Of a stretch of DNA of 64,000 bases, positions 51,257 to 61,419 are shown piece after piece; within the stretch, counting starts at the first letter, position 1, and the number at the start of each line of letters is the position of its first letter. Source of the stretch: Giardia intestinalis (lineage: Eukaryota); the NCBI GenBank assembly GCA_000002435.2, contig CM018791.1; one strand, 5' to 3'. Both the position numbers and the translations under genes were made by a program. The notes under the pieces were generated by a model. The model worked only from the letters and a program-made list of their open reading frames with translations, was not told where the DNA came from and searched no databases.

Positions 51257-54200
51257 TCAATCTGTCGAATGATAGAACTTTTTTCTTAGGAGATCTTCAA
51301 TATCGTCTTTGAGAGCTTCTGTTTGCTTGAGTACTAATTGCTCAGACTCCATTTTCTTTATCATTTCAGTGTAGATATTGCCTGGCTCCTCATCGCTGGT
51401 AATGCTGTGCGTGATTTTCTTTTCGACGTTCCCGTTAACTAAGTAAATTACAGCCAGGGTAGCTGTGTCTCTTCTCAGTGTTAGGAGCTCGACTCTCTTA
51501 TATTTAGGATAGACGGACGCGGCAGACACGGCGGTGGGCTCTAGAGAAGCACAGGGGAGCTTGGACTCGGATGCTTGCTGCGAAAGTGGCATGGAATCAT
51601 CTGTGCATGTGTGCTCATTTGTGTTGGTCGGAGTCGAGCTTTGCCTGCTATTAGGCGTAACTATTTGAGTATACGAAGGTACCGTATTCGTGGTCAAAGA
51701 GGACGTAACTTGGTAGTAAGGAGGGGGTCCCAGAGGTGTCGTAGTTCCATCCTTTGACACACACACATCTAGACCCTTCACGAGATCCAGTGAGACACCA
51801 GCACTTCCTCGCGCGAGTTGTCCATCGACCGAGGTTTGTTTAGTGGAAGCATGCTTTGGCTCGCTTCCATCTTGCTCTGAGAGACAGTCTGTGGCACTCC
51901 CTTCTGTGTGTAGCGCAGAGTCTGTTACTGAGAACCTTCCCGTACTACTGCGTTCAGAACTGGCGTGAATAGGATCTGCTATCAATGTAGCAACGGAAGA
52001 ACTGATGGGTTGCAGCTCATCCTCTCTTACGTGGCCATAGCCCATTTTGAAAGGATTACTTCTTGTCTTCGCAGAGAAGATCTCCTTCTCAGGTAAAGTG
52101 GCATGCTCCAAATGATCCTGATGCGAAGCGTTATCCTTCTGCTGCTGGTGTTGGAGAACATCCAGATGTTCCCTGAAATATTTGTGTTCTAAAACGGCCT
52201 CAATCGATCCAAAGCAATTTGACCCGTCGATGCACTTTGTGATTAGTTCACAAAGATCTTTATTCTGAACGTCTATCAACGATGTAGGAAGCTTCTCATT
52301 AAGCAATCCATCTATGAGATACTCCTCTTGAGTCCACGGATCCGCTCCTGTTGCAATACAGAGCATCACAAGACCTAAGCTATAGACATTTCGAATAGCA
52401 ACAGGCTTGAGCATTCCAAAATCAAGTAACCCGAAGTCATCTATATCGTCTCCATGGCCTTGTACTACATCCGCTTCAAGACTCTCGGAGAGCTCTTGAC
52501 TCACATTGGGAGAGCTTACGCACAGATCCAACACTGCCCTTCCTGTATCATAGCCATGCTGATGATCACTAGGGGGTAGTATCTGGTCACGAGCCTCTCC
52601 CAAGTCTTTGGGCGTAGGCTTTTCTTTTGATTTTCCTGCCGATGAAATAAGTTTTGCTTCCGGAGAGCCCCTAGTAAAGGCAGATAGGTGAGCGTGAGAA
52701 AATTGTACTAATTCTTGGTCATAGTCGCAATCCTGCGGGCTCTTGGCATTTGTTACAGCGCTAGATCCAACTCGGCCATCAAGTTCAGATCCCATTGCCG
52801 TAGTGAGCTCCAACTTATCTGCCATCTTTGATAGCCTGTGCTTATTTAGATATTTTTCGGACGGCTTGGTCTTAACACATTGAGATCCTGCAGCATCTCC
52901 GCCCGTGTCTTCCAATGGAAAACTAAAACAATGATGGGATACCGGGGCACTTGAAAGGTTGCCACTTGCTGACCTCTCTATTCGATACTGCTGACTAGAC
53001 GGAATCTTTGAGTAAGACGCATAGCCCTGACTTCCACAGTCCAAAGAAGCTATCGCTAACTCAGTCGCAGGCCTGAACCGAGCTATCATTCCACGAAGAA
53101 CCTTGCAGCACTTGCTACAATGCGGGGAGATGATGTATGCATACTCCGCCTTTTCGTTCTCCTGAAACAGTGGATTATCAATAGGAAACCCTACGAAATC
53201 TGTCAGCAGCTTAAACAACCGTGCATCACGAGGGGAGCCAATACCGTGTCGAGATTGACAGGAGAAGTCTGCCTCGAACTGGTCTTTGATGGTTGCGGTG
53301 AGATGTTTCAAAAAGAGAGGCATATAAATAGTAGACAAGACCAGGAGTCGCTTCAGGAAAAGGTAGAGAATGCACGGACAGTTAAAGCTGGTGGTACACG
53401 TGTGCGCCGAGCCTGAACCCAATTGCTTTGTTCGGGTGTTGGTGTCCAATGAAGTGATGAAAGCTGGACAAATTGCAGGCTTGTCCGCTGCAAGAAAGTT
53501 TGGTATGCTAGCGCCACGGTGAACATGATCTCCCTGGCCAGACGCAATAGAAGCTAGGGTGCCTTGGTCGAGAGTAGCGGATCCCCTTGCTGTATCTGGA
53601 TACGGTATCACTTCGTTCGAGCCCGTCCAAACCAGCCTTCCAGAGGATGGCGAAGAAGCAGGCATCACGGACCCACCTACCCCTTGTAGAACCCCGGGCC
53701 CTTGAGTGTCAACAGGTGCATCTCCTGTGGCTTTGAATCCTGTACTGAGTGACAAATAAGAAGGATAGTCTTCTGCGTCATCAAGGTTTTCACTATAAAT
53801 ATGATAGAACAGGCCGTTGATATTTTCGTGAGAAATGCTCTGAGAATCCCGGCAGTCTCGCTGTCTATGGTCAACAGAAGGGTTAGAGAGACGAGTGTTC
53901 TTTTCGAGATTCAAAAATTCATTGTACTTGCTCAACCAGTACGCTAAGGCTTGACCAATATATGATTTATACCAAAAGAAATCACGAGGAGATAGCCCCA
54001 GCCCTGTGAAGAAGGACATATAAAGCTCAGTCGGGTGTCTGTATATCATTTCGTCTGCGCGTGTCACTGACACAAGAAATGCAGAGGGGAAAAGGCGAAG
54101 CATGCATTGCTGCGTGTCGACAACAATACAGCGAGGGTCCAATCCTTTTAAACTAATTTTATGTTGCGAGACATAGAGCAACGAATCTATAAGGTTGCAA

Positions 54201-55144
54201 CAGTACTTTTGAACAAGGCTGTCATGCAACCTGCGTGTGCCCTGGCTATTAGCCTTGATTTTAATGAATAATGATGATAGGAATAGGCCCTGAAAACTTT
54301 CAGTGACCACGATTAGTTTCTTGTCTCGGGAATTGATGTAAGCCTGCAGTACCTTGAGGAAATATCTCGAAAAAACTCTGGGGAAAAACTTTATCTGTAT
54401 ACTTTTCTGCAATCCTGCATCAATTCCTTGCTTGATGTACGTAAGGACTTTCCTATCTCTAACATACGAAAACTCGTCCACCGTGTCATGGTCGCTAGTA
54501 ACATCCTTTGCTGTCCCCATATGATTTGAGGAGGTGTGGGCAAAATCTATAGCATCGCTGGCTAGTCGTGTTAGTAGACTCATGCCGGAAGCTGCTACTG
54601 GTGATGTACTTGCGGGGTGGTGATCAGGCTTGGGTGTAGTGCCCGGCTCCGCAGTATCCTTGGCTGCGCCAGCTGGAGGTGAAGAACTGTCGTGTGCATC
54701 AAGTGCACAAGCAGATAAATCAGTAGCAGCAGCAATGCCTCTAATTTGCGGGCCGTAGGGCCGTGAAGCGTCTAGTTGCTGCGGTGGGGTAGTAAGAGAA
54801 ATATAACAGCAAAGCTGGTCTAAAAGAGTTAGGAACTCAGCAGCAGTAATATCGACACCTCCGCACGTGAGGGATATGTCGTATATCAAGATATCTCGGC
54901 CCGTGCGCACATCAGTGCCATAGTGCAGTGGAGCACCTGCAAGCTCCAGATAGACCTCTTTGTGTCGAGCTATGTTCAAAAGTTGAGAATGATGAAGCTG
55001 TGGAAACATTTGAAGCAGCTGAGGATTAAGGGTGAACCCGCCGTCTGAGACCGAAACAGGCCGAGGAGGCACAGACATGTGCTCCTTCTCCTGTAGTGGT
55101 GCATCCAACGTCACGGATGTTTGCAATTCTCCGACCAATTGCAT
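51257..55144 (-). CDS. large hypothetical protein containing degenerate (catalytically dead) kinase-like segments
   Basis: 1295 aa. One segment (...LIVVTE...HKISLKGLDPRCIVVD...) resembles kinase subdomains V-VII, with HRDLKPxN degenerated. A C-lobe-like segment (DFGMLKPVAIRNVYSLGLVMLCIATGADPW...LCELITKCID) lacks an activation loop. Confidence 0.45.
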   Translation of the reverse strand: MQLVGELQTSVTLDAPLQEKEHMSVPPRPVSVSDGGFTLNPQLLQMFPQLHHSQLLNIARHKEVYLELAGAPLHYGTDVRTGRDILIYDISLTCGGVDITAAEFLTLLDQLCCYISLTTPPQQLDASRPYGPQIRGIAAATDLSACALDAHDSSSPPAGAAKDTAEPGTTPKPDHHPASTSPVAASGMSLLTRLASDAIDFAHTSSNHMGTAKDVTSDHDTVDEFSYVRDRKVLTYIKQGIDAGLQKSIQIKFFPRVFSRYFLKVLQAYINSRDKKLIVVTESFQGLFLSSLFIKIKANSQGTRRLHDSLVQKYCCNLIDSLLYVSQHKISLKGLDPRCIVVDTQQCMLRLFPSAFLVSVTRADEMIYRHPTELYMSFFTGLGLSPRDFFWYKSYIGQALAYWLSKYNEFLNLEKNTRLSNPSVDHRQRDCRDSQSISHENINGLFYHIYSENLDDAEDYPSYLSLSTGFKATGDAPVDTQGPGVLQGVGGSVMPASSPSSGRLVWTGSNEVIPYPDTARGSATLDQGTLASIASGQGDHVHRGASIPNFLAADKPAICPAFITSLDTNTRTKQLGSGSAHTCTTSFNCPCILYLFLKRLLVLSTIYMPLFLKHLTATIKDQFEADFSCQSRHGIGSPRDARLFKLLTDFVGFPIDNPLFQENEKAEYAYIISPHCSKCCKVLRGMIARFRPATELAIASLDCGSQGYASYSKIPSSQQYRIERSASGNLSSAPVSHHCFSFPLEDTGGDAAGSQCVKTKPSEKYLNKHRLSKMADKLELTTAMGSELDGRVGSSAVTNAKSPQDCDYDQELVQFSHAHLSAFTRGSPEAKLISSAGKSKEKPTPKDLGEARDQILPPSDHQHGYDTGRAVLDLCVSSPNVSQELSESLEADVVQGHGDDIDDFGLLDFGMLKPVAIRNVYSLGLVMLCIATGADPWTQEEYLIDGLLNEKLPTSLIDVQNKDLCELITKCIDGSNCFGSIEAVLEHKYFREHLDVLQHQQQKDNASHQDHLEHATLPEKEIFSAKTRSNPFKMGYGHVREDELQPISSSVATLIADPIHASSERSSTGRFSVTDSALHTEGSATDCLSEQDGSEPKHASTKQTSVDGQLARGSAGVSLDLVKGLDVCVSKDGTTTPLGPPPYYQVTSSLTTNTVPSYTQIVTPNSRQSSTPTNTNEHTCTDDSMPLSQQASESKLPCASLEPTAVSAASVYPKYKRVELLTLRRDTATLAVIYLVNGNVEKKITHSITSDEEPGNIYTEMIKKMESEQLVLKQTEALKDDIEDLLRKKFYHSTD

Positions 55145-55220
55145 TGTTGATGTGATTTTTTGAGCTGAGCGCTCAGAGGTTTTTCTAGATGTTTTCTAGT
55201 GTTTCAATTATAAATTTAAG

Positions 55221-55997
55221 ATGTTGGGGAAAGCCGATCGTCCAGATGCTTCAAGTTCAAAGATGGCGCGATTCAGGCACCGGCCTCATGCAAACCCGCT
55301 TGCAGACAATGACTTCCAATTTCCGTGTACAGAGCCGGATGAGTTCCCTTTCGATCTATATTACCCTACATGGACAAGTCAAAGAAGTACGGATGCACGA
55401 GAGTATCATTTTGATATTGTGGATATTGGATGCGGCTATGGTGACTTTGTGCGCAATGTAAGCCTTGCTTTTCCCGATCTGCTTGTTATAGGCTTAGAGC
55501 TTAGAGACATCCCTGTAGTGCTGGGGCAGCAGGCTCTTCTGAATGGCCGCTCTGCAGGCCAAAATGAAAACGCAGCAATCATTCGGTGCAATATAATGAA
55601 GCACCTCCCTAGGTTGCTAGCTCGACAGAGCGTTAGATACCTCACTGTCATGTTTCCTGATCCTCAGTTCAAAGCTTCACATGCTCGGCGTCGTGTCATC
55701 TCACCACAACTTCTCAGTGAGTATGCTTACTATTTAAAGTCCGGAGGCTTCCTATTTGTTTGCTCAGATTTACAAGATCTTTATCTGTACATGTGCAGCA
55801 CAATAGCTGGACACCCTTTCTTTTGTGAGCTTCAGCACGAAGAAGGAGCAGATGATAATGACGGTGATACTCGAGTTGTAAAGACAATCCTGAAGCTTAT
55901 GGACAAAACAGCGGATGCAGAGAGACATATGAGAAAGGATGCAGACAAGACAGTATACAAGGCTGTTTTTCGGTGTACCAAGCCACACTGTATGTAA
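55221..55997 (+). CDS. TRM8: tRNA (guanine46-N7)-methyltransferase (Trm8/METTL1/TrmB family)
   Basis: 258 aa. Strong family motifs are present: FDIVDIGCGYGDF, LVIGLELR, IIRCNIMKHLP, LTVMFPDPQFK, RRVISPQLLSEYAYYLKSGGFLFVCSD. Confidence 0.85.
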   Translation: MLGKADRPDASSSKMARFRHRPHANPLADNDFQFPCTEPDEFPFDLYYPTWTSQRSTDAREYHFDIVDIGCGYGDFVRNVSLAFPDLLVIGLELRDIPVVLGQQALLNGRSAGQNENAAIIRCNIMKHLPRLLARQSVRYLTVMFPDPQFKASHARRRVISPQLLSEYAYYLKSGGFLFVCSDLQDLYLYMCSTIAGHPFFCELQHEEGADDNDGDTRVVKTILKLMDKTADAERHMRKDADKTVYKAVFRCTKPHCM

Positions 55998-56005
55998 ACT
56001 ATTAA

Positions 56006-58846
56006 ATGTTTGCATCTAGAAATTTTCACGACACCTACGAGAAGCTTGCAAGCATAGGTAGGGGGACCTTCGGAGAATGCTTTGTATGTAGAAACAAAGA
56101 TAGTAGTGAGATCCTTTGTGCAAAAGAGGTGAACTATAAGAGTCTTGGCTCCCATTCTCCACAGATAACTCGACTGAAGACTGAGTTAGAGAAGAGTATG
56201 CATCTGAAGCATAGAAACATCCTTCCCATTCTTGAAATCTATGACAATCCAGACTTGTGCACTATCCATATCATTTCACCATATCGAGCTGGGGAATCTG
56301 TTGCTGAACTACTTATCGCTACACAAGCAAACAGTCAGGGGATTCCCGAGCAGGATATATGGAAGCTGATGGACGGGCTTTGTCAGGCTCTGCAGTTTCT
56401 CTGCACATCAGCACCATCTCCTTCCACCTCCCCAGCACACCTTAACCTTATTCCTTCTAACATCTTTCTATCTAGTCTCTCCTCTGTACTGACATCTGAG
56501 CCCTGCATAACACGCTTTATCTTTGCTGCAGACTCTATCAGAAAAGACGAGACGTATATGCCACCAGAGACCCGTGGAACTACAATTGCTACGCTGCAAG
56601 GAAATATATGGACTGTAGGAAGCATTGCATATGAGCTAGCCACTGGAAGGCGTGCCAGCGATCTATTGAGCTTGACTTCTCCCACCAATCTTAAGGTTGA
56701 ACTTCCAGAGCAATACTCAGCAAGCTTGTCCTTACTTCTTGCACAAATGCTATCTCCAAATGAAGATAACCGGCCATCTCTTGCTTCTTGGCGCTCAGAG
56801 ATTCGAAACTTTGAGAAGAGAAAGAGACACTCTTTCATCCCCCACGATATCCAGCACATCTCTCCTACAGAATTAATGTCAGCAGTTACGCATCTTGATA
56901 TTCATCGTGTATACAAGTATTTGAATCAGCACTCTGCACGGATGGTAGGTGGTACCACAGCCCTTATGCTTGCCGCCGATCAGAACTTCCCAGCTGCCAT
57001 CTCTGTTCTTCTCAAGTACGAGGCTGGTCTGTGCAATGATGATGGTGACACTGCTTTACTTATGGCATGTAAGAAGGACCACCAGGAGGTTGTTAAGCTT
57101 CTTGCTCCTGTGGAGGGGCATATTCGCAACGCAGCTGGTTTGGGCGCAATACACGTTTGCAAAAAGCACAAGGCTGTCAATAGTCTGCGCGTGTTACTGG
57201 ACCTGCCTGTTGAGCAACAGTATGGAATCCTAGTTTCAGACGACACACCTCGGAAGCGCCACAGAGCATATCGTAATACAACCCTTCATACTGCCGTATT
57301 AGCTGACGATGCTCATGCCGTGGAGCAGAATATTGAGCTTTCGGGAATCTTTAGCTCCAAAGGAAGGACAGCTTTGTCCTTAGCAGCAGAGCATGGGTGT
57401 TGTGCTTTAATAATAGGCATGTTGGCTGACCGCGAGCATGGCTTACTATCACAGGTGTTGCTCTACAAGGACGATGCAGATAACGACCTTCTTTGCCCGC
57501 TTCCCCGCAACCAAAGTATTGCAAGACCAAACGTATCCAGTAACCCTTCTCTTCTGACTCAGTTCCTGGAACAGAACAAGGCGAAGCGGTGTCAGGATCG
57601 CTGGACAGCCCTGATGTTCGCTGCATATTATGGAAAGGTGGACGTAGTGCGCCTTCTTGTAAGCATGGAAAGGAAGATGCAATCACCGCACTATAAACAT
57701 ACTGCCCTTATGCTTGCTACTAAAGCTGGTCATTTGCCATGTGTGGAGCTATTGATTCCTGATGAGGTGGGCATGAAAGACAGGAACGGGGAAACTGCTC
57801 TTATGATCGCTGTTTCTCGAGGAGACATGAGAATAGCGGCGGTGCTTGTCAAGTATGAGGCGGGACTAACCAATGCTGTTCGAGAGACTGCTCTCTTCAA
57901 GGCTATTACACTGGGTCACACAGATATTGCTAAGCTTCTCCTTTCAGCTGAGGCACACATTGCAGATGAGGAGGAGACAACCGCCTTAATGCTAGCTGCC
58001 TCTAAAGGAAATAGCGAAGTGGTAAAGATGCTAGTGGGAAAGTCTATCGATATTGGCAAGAAAAACAAGTACGGATATACCGCTCTTATGGCTGCTGCCC
58101 AAGAGGATGCGCTAGAGTGCATTACAGTGTTACTTTCTTATGAGTGTGGAATGACAAATGCCAATGGAATGACAGCACTAATGCTTGCGGCGGCACGGAA
58201 CTTAGAGCGCAGTGTTAAGCTGCTACTTGACCATGAGCTTGGAGCTAAGGATCACGACGGAGACACTGCGCTTCTTATTGCCATAGGAGAGAAGTCAGAC
58301 GCTGCAGGCCTTCTTTTGGCTCAAACAGAAGAGGCATATATTCCCAATCAGAACGATTGCTACCCCATCATGTTGGCCACCCAGCTTAATCTTCAGTCGG
58401 TTGTCTGTGCGCTAATCCCCATGTGCGATGAGCGGATTCGTTACACAAATACTTTGACACCATTGATGTATGCAGCCAATCAGGGGTCTGTAGAATTGGT
58501 GGATATCTTGGCCCACGCCCAACAAGACAGTCGTGTACAGCTGTCAAAGACCAGACCTCTTTTTCTTGGTCACCAGGACAAGGACGGCTGGACAGCCTTG
58601 ATGTTCGCTGTTGACAAAAGATGCACAGGTGCCGTTGAAGTTTTGGCCCCACTCGAACACTCTATTCTAGATAACAATGGAAACAGTGCTCTTTCAATTG
58701 CAGTGGCTCTAGGAGACATAGCCTCAATCCAGCTGCTACTCCCATATGAGGGCATCCAGTTTCTCACGAGCAAGAACCTCGATGAGTTGATAGAGAGAAT
58801 CACTGATGAAAGGATAATCTCCCTTCTGCGTCGGGTCACCTTTTGA
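56006..58846 (+). CDS. NEK-like kinase (predicted inactive) + ankyrin-repeat protein
   Basis: 946 aa. The Gly-loop is IGRGTFGECF and the VAIK-like motif is LCAKEV, but the HRD motif is HLNLIPSNIFL (no catalytic Asp). There is no DFG. More than 15 ankyrin repeats follow (TALMLAA..GH...V.LLL). The gene starts 8 bp after the TRM8 stop. Confidence 0.8.
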   Translation: MFASRNFHDTYEKLASIGRGTFGECFVCRNKDSSEILCAKEVNYKSLGSHSPQITRLKTELEKSMHLKHRNILPILEIYDNPDLCTIHIISPYRAGESVAELLIATQANSQGIPEQDIWKLMDGLCQALQFLCTSAPSPSTSPAHLNLIPSNIFLSSLSSVLTSEPCITRFIFAADSIRKDETYMPPETRGTTIATLQGNIWTVGSIAYELATGRRASDLLSLTSPTNLKVELPEQYSASLSLLLAQMLSPNEDNRPSLASWRSEIRNFEKRKRHSFIPHDIQHISPTELMSAVTHLDIHRVYKYLNQHSARMVGGTTALMLAADQNFPAAISVLLKYEAGLCNDDGDTALLMACKKDHQEVVKLLAPVEGHIRNAAGLGAIHVCKKHKAVNSLRVLLDLPVEQQYGILVSDDTPRKRHRAYRNTTLHTAVLADDAHAVEQNIELSGIFSSKGRTALSLAAEHGCCALIIGMLADREHGLLSQVLLYKDDADNDLLCPLPRNQSIARPNVSSNPSLLTQFLEQNKAKRCQDRWTALMFAAYYGKVDVVRLLVSMERKMQSPHYKHTALMLATKAGHLPCVELLIPDEVGMKDRNGETALMIAVSRGDMRIAAVLVKYEAGLTNAVRETALFKAITLGHTDIAKLLLSAEAHIADEEETTALMLAASKGNSEVVKMLVGKSIDIGKKNKYGYTALMAAAQEDALECITVLLSYECGMTNANGMTALMLAAARNLERSVKLLLDHELGAKDHDGDTALLIAIGEKSDAAGLLLAQTEEAYIPNQNDCYPIMLATQLNLQSVVCALIPMCDERIRYTNTLTPLMYAANQGSVELVDILAHAQQDSRVQLSKTRPLFLGHQDKDGWTALMFAVDKRCTGAVEVLAPLEHSILDNNGNSALSIAVALGDIASIQLLLPYEGIQFLTSKNLDELIERITDERIISLLRRVTF

Positions 58847-58877
58847 TGCAGCAACAGACAAAAGCAAATGCAATTCA

Positions 58878-59651
58878 CTAGTGCTCGTGCTTGATTTCGC
58901 AGTAGCTGCCAGCATAGTTATCCTTACAAACACAGCGGTTATCCTTACACTCTCCATGGCCGCTGCACTCCTTGCTGGGATGCTCGGGGTCAACACAGTG
59001 GTCATTCACGCAGTTATCAGCAAGGATATTTGTATACCCAACGTCACATTCGCACATGTAAATAAAGTCGTCAGGATATGGCGAAACGTCGTACCTGATG
59101 CATTTTCCGTGTCCGCCACAAATGCTACGATGACCAGACTTGTCCTCGTGGACGCAGATGGAAGGTGCGCACGTATCCCCGTCCAGCACCTCTGCATCTG
59201 CGCTGCACACATTACAGTGGAAACCTGCATAAAGGTAAGAGCACGTACACACTTTATTCTCAATGTCACAAACTCCCCGAGTATGACAGATCTCTGCCTC
59301 TCCCGACTCAAACATCCCTGTAACACATTCGTTAGGGATGCATCGCCCTCCAGACGGGGTGTAGTTGGTATTGCAGCCGCAGTACCAGTTGCCACTGACG
59401 TTTTGCTGGCAGAGGCCATTGGGGCACATCTTGCCATCGACAATACAGGTTATTGGTATACATTTAAATGTCCCTTGGAGGACGAAGCCATCATCACAAA
59501 GACAGATGCCATTCATGCATTTGCCGTATCCCATGCATTCGAGCTGGTTGAATCCGACGCACGTCTTCTTGATGCATTGATCGTCGATAAGAACCTCGTC
59601 CTCAGGACAGCTGACTGCCCATGCAAAAGCTGCGAGAGAAACGAAAAGCAT
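58878..59651 (-). CDS. secreted cysteine-rich EGF-like repeat protein (tenascin-like / high-cysteine non-VSP type)
   Basis: 257 aa. It has a signal peptide (MLFVSLAAFAWAVSC). Repeated C-x-C-x(n)-G-x-x-C EGF-like spacing is present. There is no TM segment and no CRGKA tail. Confidence 0.6.
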   Translation of the reverse strand: MLFVSLAAFAWAVSCPEDEVLIDDQCIKKTCVGFNQLECMGYGKCMNGICLCDDGFVLQGTFKCIPITCIVDGKMCPNGLCQQNVSGNWYCGCNTNYTPSGGRCIPNECVTGMFESGEAEICHTRGVCDIENKVCTCSYLYAGFHCNVCSADAEVLDGDTCAPSICVHEDKSGHRSICGGHGKCIRYDVSPYPDDFIYMCECDVGYTNILADNCVNDHCVDPEHPSKECSGHGECKDNRCVCKDNYAGSYCEIKHEH

Positions 59652-59805
59652 AGACTTTATTAATTCAGTTAACTTGGGATTAGCTGCCCTGTTTCTAAAG
59701 GCAAAGGGGTTATCAGCAAGCTCGCGGACACATCTGCAGGTCGCAGCCCGTTCAACTAGGCAACAAGAAATGCGTTATCTCCACGCGTAGGAGAAAATAA
59801 AATCC

Positions 59806-60000
59806 ATGCGTGTTCACATAATAGAGGGGAAGTGCACCGGCTGCGGAGACTGCATTCCTTCATGTGCGTACAATGTGCTGCACATGGACGAAGTCACAAA
59901 CCGCGTGGTCATCGCTCCTAGCTACGGGTGTGTGGGCTGTCTTCAATGTCTTGCCGTCTGCACTCACGATGCGATTGGAACCCCTGTACGCTATGAATAG
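59806..60000 (+). CDS. 2x[4Fe-4S] bacterial-type ferredoxin
   Basis: 64 aa with two CxxCxxCxxxC(P) clusters (CTGCGDCIPSC and CVGCLQCLAVC). Confidence 0.75.
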   Translation: MRVHIIEGKCTGCGDCIPSCAYNVLHMDEVTNRVVIAPSYGCVGCLQCLAVCTHDAIGTPVRYE

Positions 60001-60048
60001 AAGGAAAACGAAGAAAGTTTAACATCAAGCGTACTAGGTTAACCTGAA

Positions 60049-60972
60049 CTACTTTTTCACGGCACGGATGATCCCACTAGTTATTAAGATTAAAATGGCT
60101 AAGCCGAGTATGCTAAATATGATTGTGCAGCATAGGCACTTATTTGACTTTTTGAGCGTGTTCTCCGCCTTCTTTAAGTAAGTTGTTCCATCTTGTACGG
60201 CTTCGCGAGCATGGAGGACGTTTGTTTCTATTTGTTCAATTAGTCTGCTCTGCTGCTCACACATCATTGCTGCGTCCATGGTTAGTTGGTGGATCTCCTG
60301 AGCAGTCTTCTGAATCTCTTGCACCGCTCTGTTGCGCTCCATACAATCAGATAAAATCTGATAGGTGTCGTCAGATTGCGCTTGGATGAGCCTTTGTAGA
60401 GCCTGCGGGTCTCCGGAGGCGATGACAAAATCTAATTCTGCATCTTGCAAATCGTGACGAACTGAACGGATGATTCGCTTCAGTTTCTGTTCGTGGGCGG
60501 CTTTGGTGTCAGCCTGAGAGTTTTGAAAGTTGGAGGAATAAGAGTGAAACATCTTTGTCTTTTGGTGTAGCACATCTATCTTTTGGCATAGCTCCGGGCT
60601 GTACATGCCAGTCTCCTTGTTATGGGACTTTGCCTCCGCGTCCTCTTTGTCCTTTTCTTCTTGGATTTGCGTGTTTAGTGCCTTGAGCTTCTGGGAAATG
60701 GCATTCAAGGCTGCAGATCCTTCTGTCCGGGCATCCACAGACGTCTTCTCTGCGGTATTGTCCTCCATAAAACCCTTGATGATGTGGTCTGATGAAGTCT
60801 TAAGCCGCTTTATGGCCTCGCTAACTGTCTCAAAGTACGGATCCAACTTTTTCACCTCATTGAAAAAGCGACTGAGAGCCTGCTCTTTCGCTGTTTCAGG
60901 ATCATCTCCGTCCGAAAATTCATCCACTTGGAGACGCTTTTTGTCAAAGATTGGTGCATCAAAATCGGTCAT
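60049..60972 (-). CDS. syntaxin (Qa-SNARE) with Habc-like N-terminus and C-terminal TM anchor
   Basis: 307 aa. The SNARE motif is ...IHQLTMDAAMMCEQQSRLIEQIETNVLHAREAVQDGTTYLKKA. It is followed by a hydrophobic tail CLCCTIIFSILGLAILILI. Confidence 0.75.
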   Translation of the reverse strand: MTDFDAPIFDKKRLQVDEFSDGDDPETAKEQALSRFFNEVKKLDPYFETVSEAIKRLKTSSDHIIKGFMEDNTAEKTSVDARTEGSAALNAISQKLKALNTQIQEEKDKEDAEAKSHNKETGMYSPELCQKIDVLHQKTKMFHSYSSNFQNSQADTKAAHEQKLKRIIRSVRHDLQDAELDFVIASGDPQALQRLIQAQSDDTYQILSDCMERNRAVQEIQKTAQEIHQLTMDAAMMCEQQSRLIEQIETNVLHAREAVQDGTTYLKKAENTLKKSNKCLCCTIIFSILGLAILILITSGIIRAVKK

Positions 60973-61017
60973 TTTAAATTATTTGTCTTTTTATTGAATC
61001 AGGGAAGTACTTGCAGA

Positions 61018-61419
61018 ATGTACAGGTCAAAGAGATCTATTGTCGAGCTGGCAGCCTCGTTTCTTGCTGGCGTAGGTGCAGTTTTTCTAGTCCAGGCAGT
61101 CCACGCCAAATGCTGCACTGTACGCTGTCCTCTCTGTACTCTTTTTGGATCCAGTACGCAGGAGCAAAAGCCGACTTCTGGCGGCTGTTCTGGATCAAGC
61201 GATCCTAGCCAACGATGTGCAAACTGCACCTGTTGGAAGTCTCGGGTGGGCGACAAGTCAGCTGAGGCCAACTCTCAGCCGGGAATTTCCGTCCAGAAAT
61301 CTGGTCGAGTTGCTCTGAATCTTGCGGCGATAAATCCAGAGCAGGAGCTCCGTCAGGTTGGCGACGACTCTGCTTCGGGAGATGACGCGACTTATATGAT
61401 CTCTCAACCTCCTCTTTAA
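61018..61419 (+). CDS. possible small Cys-containing protein with N-terminal hydrophobic segment (first ATG of the ORF is at 60928)
   Basis: The ORF fills the 443-bp gap between the syntaxin and RPE genes. Its 5' end would overlap the syntaxin start on the other strand. There is no family signature. Confidence 0.2.
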   Translation: MYRSKRSIVELAASFLAGVGAVFLVQAVHAKCCTVRCPLCTLFGSSTQEQKPTSGGCSGSSDPSQRCANCTCWKSRVGDKSAEANSQPGISVQKSGRVALNLAAINPEQELRQVGDDSASGDDATYMISQPPL

